This document shows, piece after piece, positions 62,233 to 64,000 of a stretch of 64,000 bases of DNA; position 1 is the stretch's first letter; each line of letters begins with the position of its first letter. Source of the stretch: an uncultured Eggerthellaceae bacterium (lineage in GTDB: Bacteria > Actinomycetota > Coriobacteriia > Coriobacteriales > Eggerthellaceae). The DNA lies in NCBI GenBank assembly GCA_910580205.1, contig CAJTVP010000004.1:1519-65518 (forward strand), written 5' to 3'. The position numbers and the translations under genes are program-made. The notes under the pieces are model-generated. The model ran no database searches, had not been told where the DNA came from, and saw nothing but the letters and a program-made list of their open reading frames with translations.

Positions 62233-63623
62233 GAGAGCTCCAGTCCGCACTGGACATCCGCATCCACCCAGATGGTAGCCGCTGTCATGCCATCGTTCTG
62301 CTTGCAGATGGTGGGATGCGGCCCCAGGCGCGAGAACACGCCCTGGAACCTTCCGTTGTAGAGATAGAGCCCGTTCAGGTTGTTGTAGGGCACCGGCGTG
62401 CTGGACACGGCTCCGTCAGGCGTCTCCAAGATGCCGGCGTCCGGGGGCAGCGTGAGGGTCTTGAACGGGGTGATGAAGCGCTGCACGATGAAAGGCGTTC
62501 CCTGAGCGCTGTTCGCGAACTTGCCGACCAGCTCCTCCCAGCGCGCTTGATCCACCTCGCGCCCGGCATAGACGTCATCCGCGCCGTAATGATCGGATGG
62601 CTTGATGATCCATTCGTCTTTGTTCTGGATGATCTGCTCCAGATCGACCTCGGATCCATCCAGAAAAGCGGTCTGGGGGATGGCCTGCTCCAAGAAGGAG
62701 ATCTCCTCTGCGGTCAGCATGGCGATGACCTCCGGCTTCATGAGCACTTCGAAGATCTGCTTGTCATGGACGATATGCCCGGCGAAGCTGCCGATGAGAG
62801 CCACCTTCTCTGCGCGGACGGCGTTGATGAGCGCCTGGGATTCGCTCCAGTGATCCATGACGTCGTTCGTGACGCAGCGCCGCCAGATGGCGTTGATATC
62901 AAGCCCATCTGGGGAGGTGAGGCGCTCGCCGTCGAAGGCGAGCTCGCGCACGTCGCATACGAGGCATTCGATGCCGCGTTGGCGGAAGAGATCGGCGAAC
63001 ACGTGGAACTCATCCACCACGCCGTTCTCAAGGTAGTCGCAGATGGCGAAGCGCGGGCAGTCCACGCGATGCTCATAGGTGGCGTAGATGTCGCAGAACG
63101 CGTCCACCCAGGGCTCGAACAGGCTGCACCCGCATATGCGGTGGCTCTGGGCGAAAGCCTTGAACGTCTCGGAATCCTTGATGGAGTTCGTGATCTCACG
63201 GTTCTCGTTCATGCCTGCGGAGCCGTCACCATTGAACTCGCAGAACTTGATCGTGAGCGCGTCTTCGTTTATGAACGTGTCCACGCGCGCGAAGGGGAGG
63301 AGCGAATCATAGCCGCGAGGGAGCAGGATCAGCTCGCGCAGGCGGTCATCGAAGTCGAACAGCTCTCGGAACGAGGGGTCATCCAGATAGCGCTGCATCA
63401 CTTTGCAGAGGATCGAATGGGCCATCTCGGCGGAGCGCTTCATGAGATCATGGACCTCTTGGGAGAACAGCCGCGGCACGAAAGAGGATGCGACCACCTG
63501 GTGATGGACGATGGCGGTGGAGCCCATCATGTAGGCGAACGCGGCGCGCCGACTTTCGATGTCCCCATCCAATCCGTCGATGATCTGGAAGTACTCTTCG
63601 GTGTAGCTCGCGTCAGATGCCAT
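62229..63623 (-). CDS. Glutathionylspermidine synthase-like (pre-ATP-grasp) family protein
   Basis: 464 aa from MASDASYTEEYF. FARVDTFINEDALTIKFCEFNGDGSAGMNE and KPSDHYGADDVYAG blocks resemble GspS-like ATP-grasp ligases. TGA/ATG overlap with the downstream gene. Confidence 0.55.
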   Translation of the reverse strand: MASDASYTEEYFQIIDGLDGDIESRRAAFAYMMGSTAIVHHQVVASSFVPRLFSQEVHDLMKRSAEMAHSILCKVMQRYLDDPSFRELFDFDDRLRELILLPRGYDSLLPFARVDTFINEDALTIKFCEFNGDGSAGMNENREITNSIKDSETFKAFAQSHRICGCSLFEPWVDAFCDIYATYEHRVDCPRFAICDYLENGVVDEFHVFADLFRQRGIECLVCDVRELAFDGERLTSPDGLDINAIWRRCVTNDVMDHWSESQALINAVRAEKVALIGSFAGHIVHDKQIFEVLMKPEVIAMLTAEEISFLEQAIPQTAFLDGSEVDLEQIIQNKDEWIIKPSDHYGADDVYAGREVDQARWEELVGKFANSAQGTPFIVQRFITPFKTLTLPPDAGILETPDGAVSSTPVPYNNLNGLYLYNGRFQGVFSRLGPHPTICKQNDGMTAATIWVDADVQCGLELS

Positions 63624-63833
63624 GGGCGCGCTCCTTCTCCTCTGACTCAACTGGTCAGCAGATTCTAGCATGGGCCCTGGGCCCGGCGAGAAACCCCCAC
63701 CCTTGGTTTCAACTCTGTAACAGAAGCACCACCGCTGGGCGAATTGTGACCTACACATTAAGCTTTCGGAGGAATAGAATCGCTTATTTGAAAAGCAGAC
63801 GAGTCATATATGACGTGAAAGGTTCGGTAGCTC

Positions 63834-64000
63834 ATGAGACCCATGGAATTCGCGAAACGGACCGCGACGAACAAAGCCATCGACTATCTTCTGGAAGACC
63901 CTGAATCCCATATGGAATCCATGATGGCCACCATCAACAAGCTGGTGCCCGACGCTCTCTTCCCGTCTCAGCGCAGCGCCTTCAGCAAGGCCATCGAAGA
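63834..64000 (+). CDS. Partial ORF (N-terminus only), unknown function
   Basis: ATG 63834 follows GAAAGG. Open to the window end (MRPMEFAKRTATNKAIDYLLEDPESHMESMMATINKLVPDALFPSQRSAFSKAIE). It vaguely resembles the N-termini of some radical SAM proteins, but that cannot be confirmed. Confidence 0.4.
   Translation, partial: MRPMEFAKRTATNKAIDYLLEDPESHMESMMATINKLVPDALFPSQRSAFSKAIE

Overview
High-GC (hand-counted sample lines about 65% G+C) actinobacterial chromosome segment. Gene content (hrcA-dnaJ pairing, Tat-exported membrane-bound [NiFe] hydrogenase, ackA/pta) suggests Coriobacteriia, but that is an inference only. Most of the window is densely packed housekeeping genes: xseAB, ackA/pta, a long co-directional pyrR-pyrB-pyrC-carA-carB-pyrK-pyrD-pyrF-gmk-rpoZ-thiI block, comEA-comEC-holA, rpsT, lepA-dus-hemW-hrcA-dnaJ-rsmE-mtaB, mnmA, a heterodimeric ABC exporter, a [NiFe] hydrogenase operon, mfd and gltX. 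The exception is an AT-rich tract (sample lines 40-43% G+C) at about 35.3-41.6 kb, abutting a tRNA-Asp(GTC) gene. It has the structure of two tandem, integrase-less remnants of tRNA-targeting integrative elements: an exact 45-nt copy of the tRNA 3' part plus about 100 nt of about 90%-identical flank occurs 3.5 kb from the intact tRNA. Its cargo is nuclease-rich and poorly characterised: (i) a 667-aa protein with eight tandem CxxC...CPxC zinc-ribbon modules around a Vsr/DUF559-like PD-(D/E)xK core, (ii) an orphan EcsC-family protein, and (iii) an adjacent co-directional pair encoding a T5orf172/GIY-YIG protein and a protein with an unknown N-domain plus a C-terminal HEPN Rx4H motif. I consider this island, and the GIY-YIG/HEPN pair in particular, the best candidate for an undescribed defence-type system. 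Secondary observations: a small toxin/RHH-antitoxin-like pair wedged between comEC and holA, ribosomal protein S20 with a roughly 100-aa charged tail, a Walker-A-less AAA+-like protein, a PyrR-type leader hairpin and a CIRCE operator. No CRISPR arrays, rRNA genes, transposases or integrases were seen.
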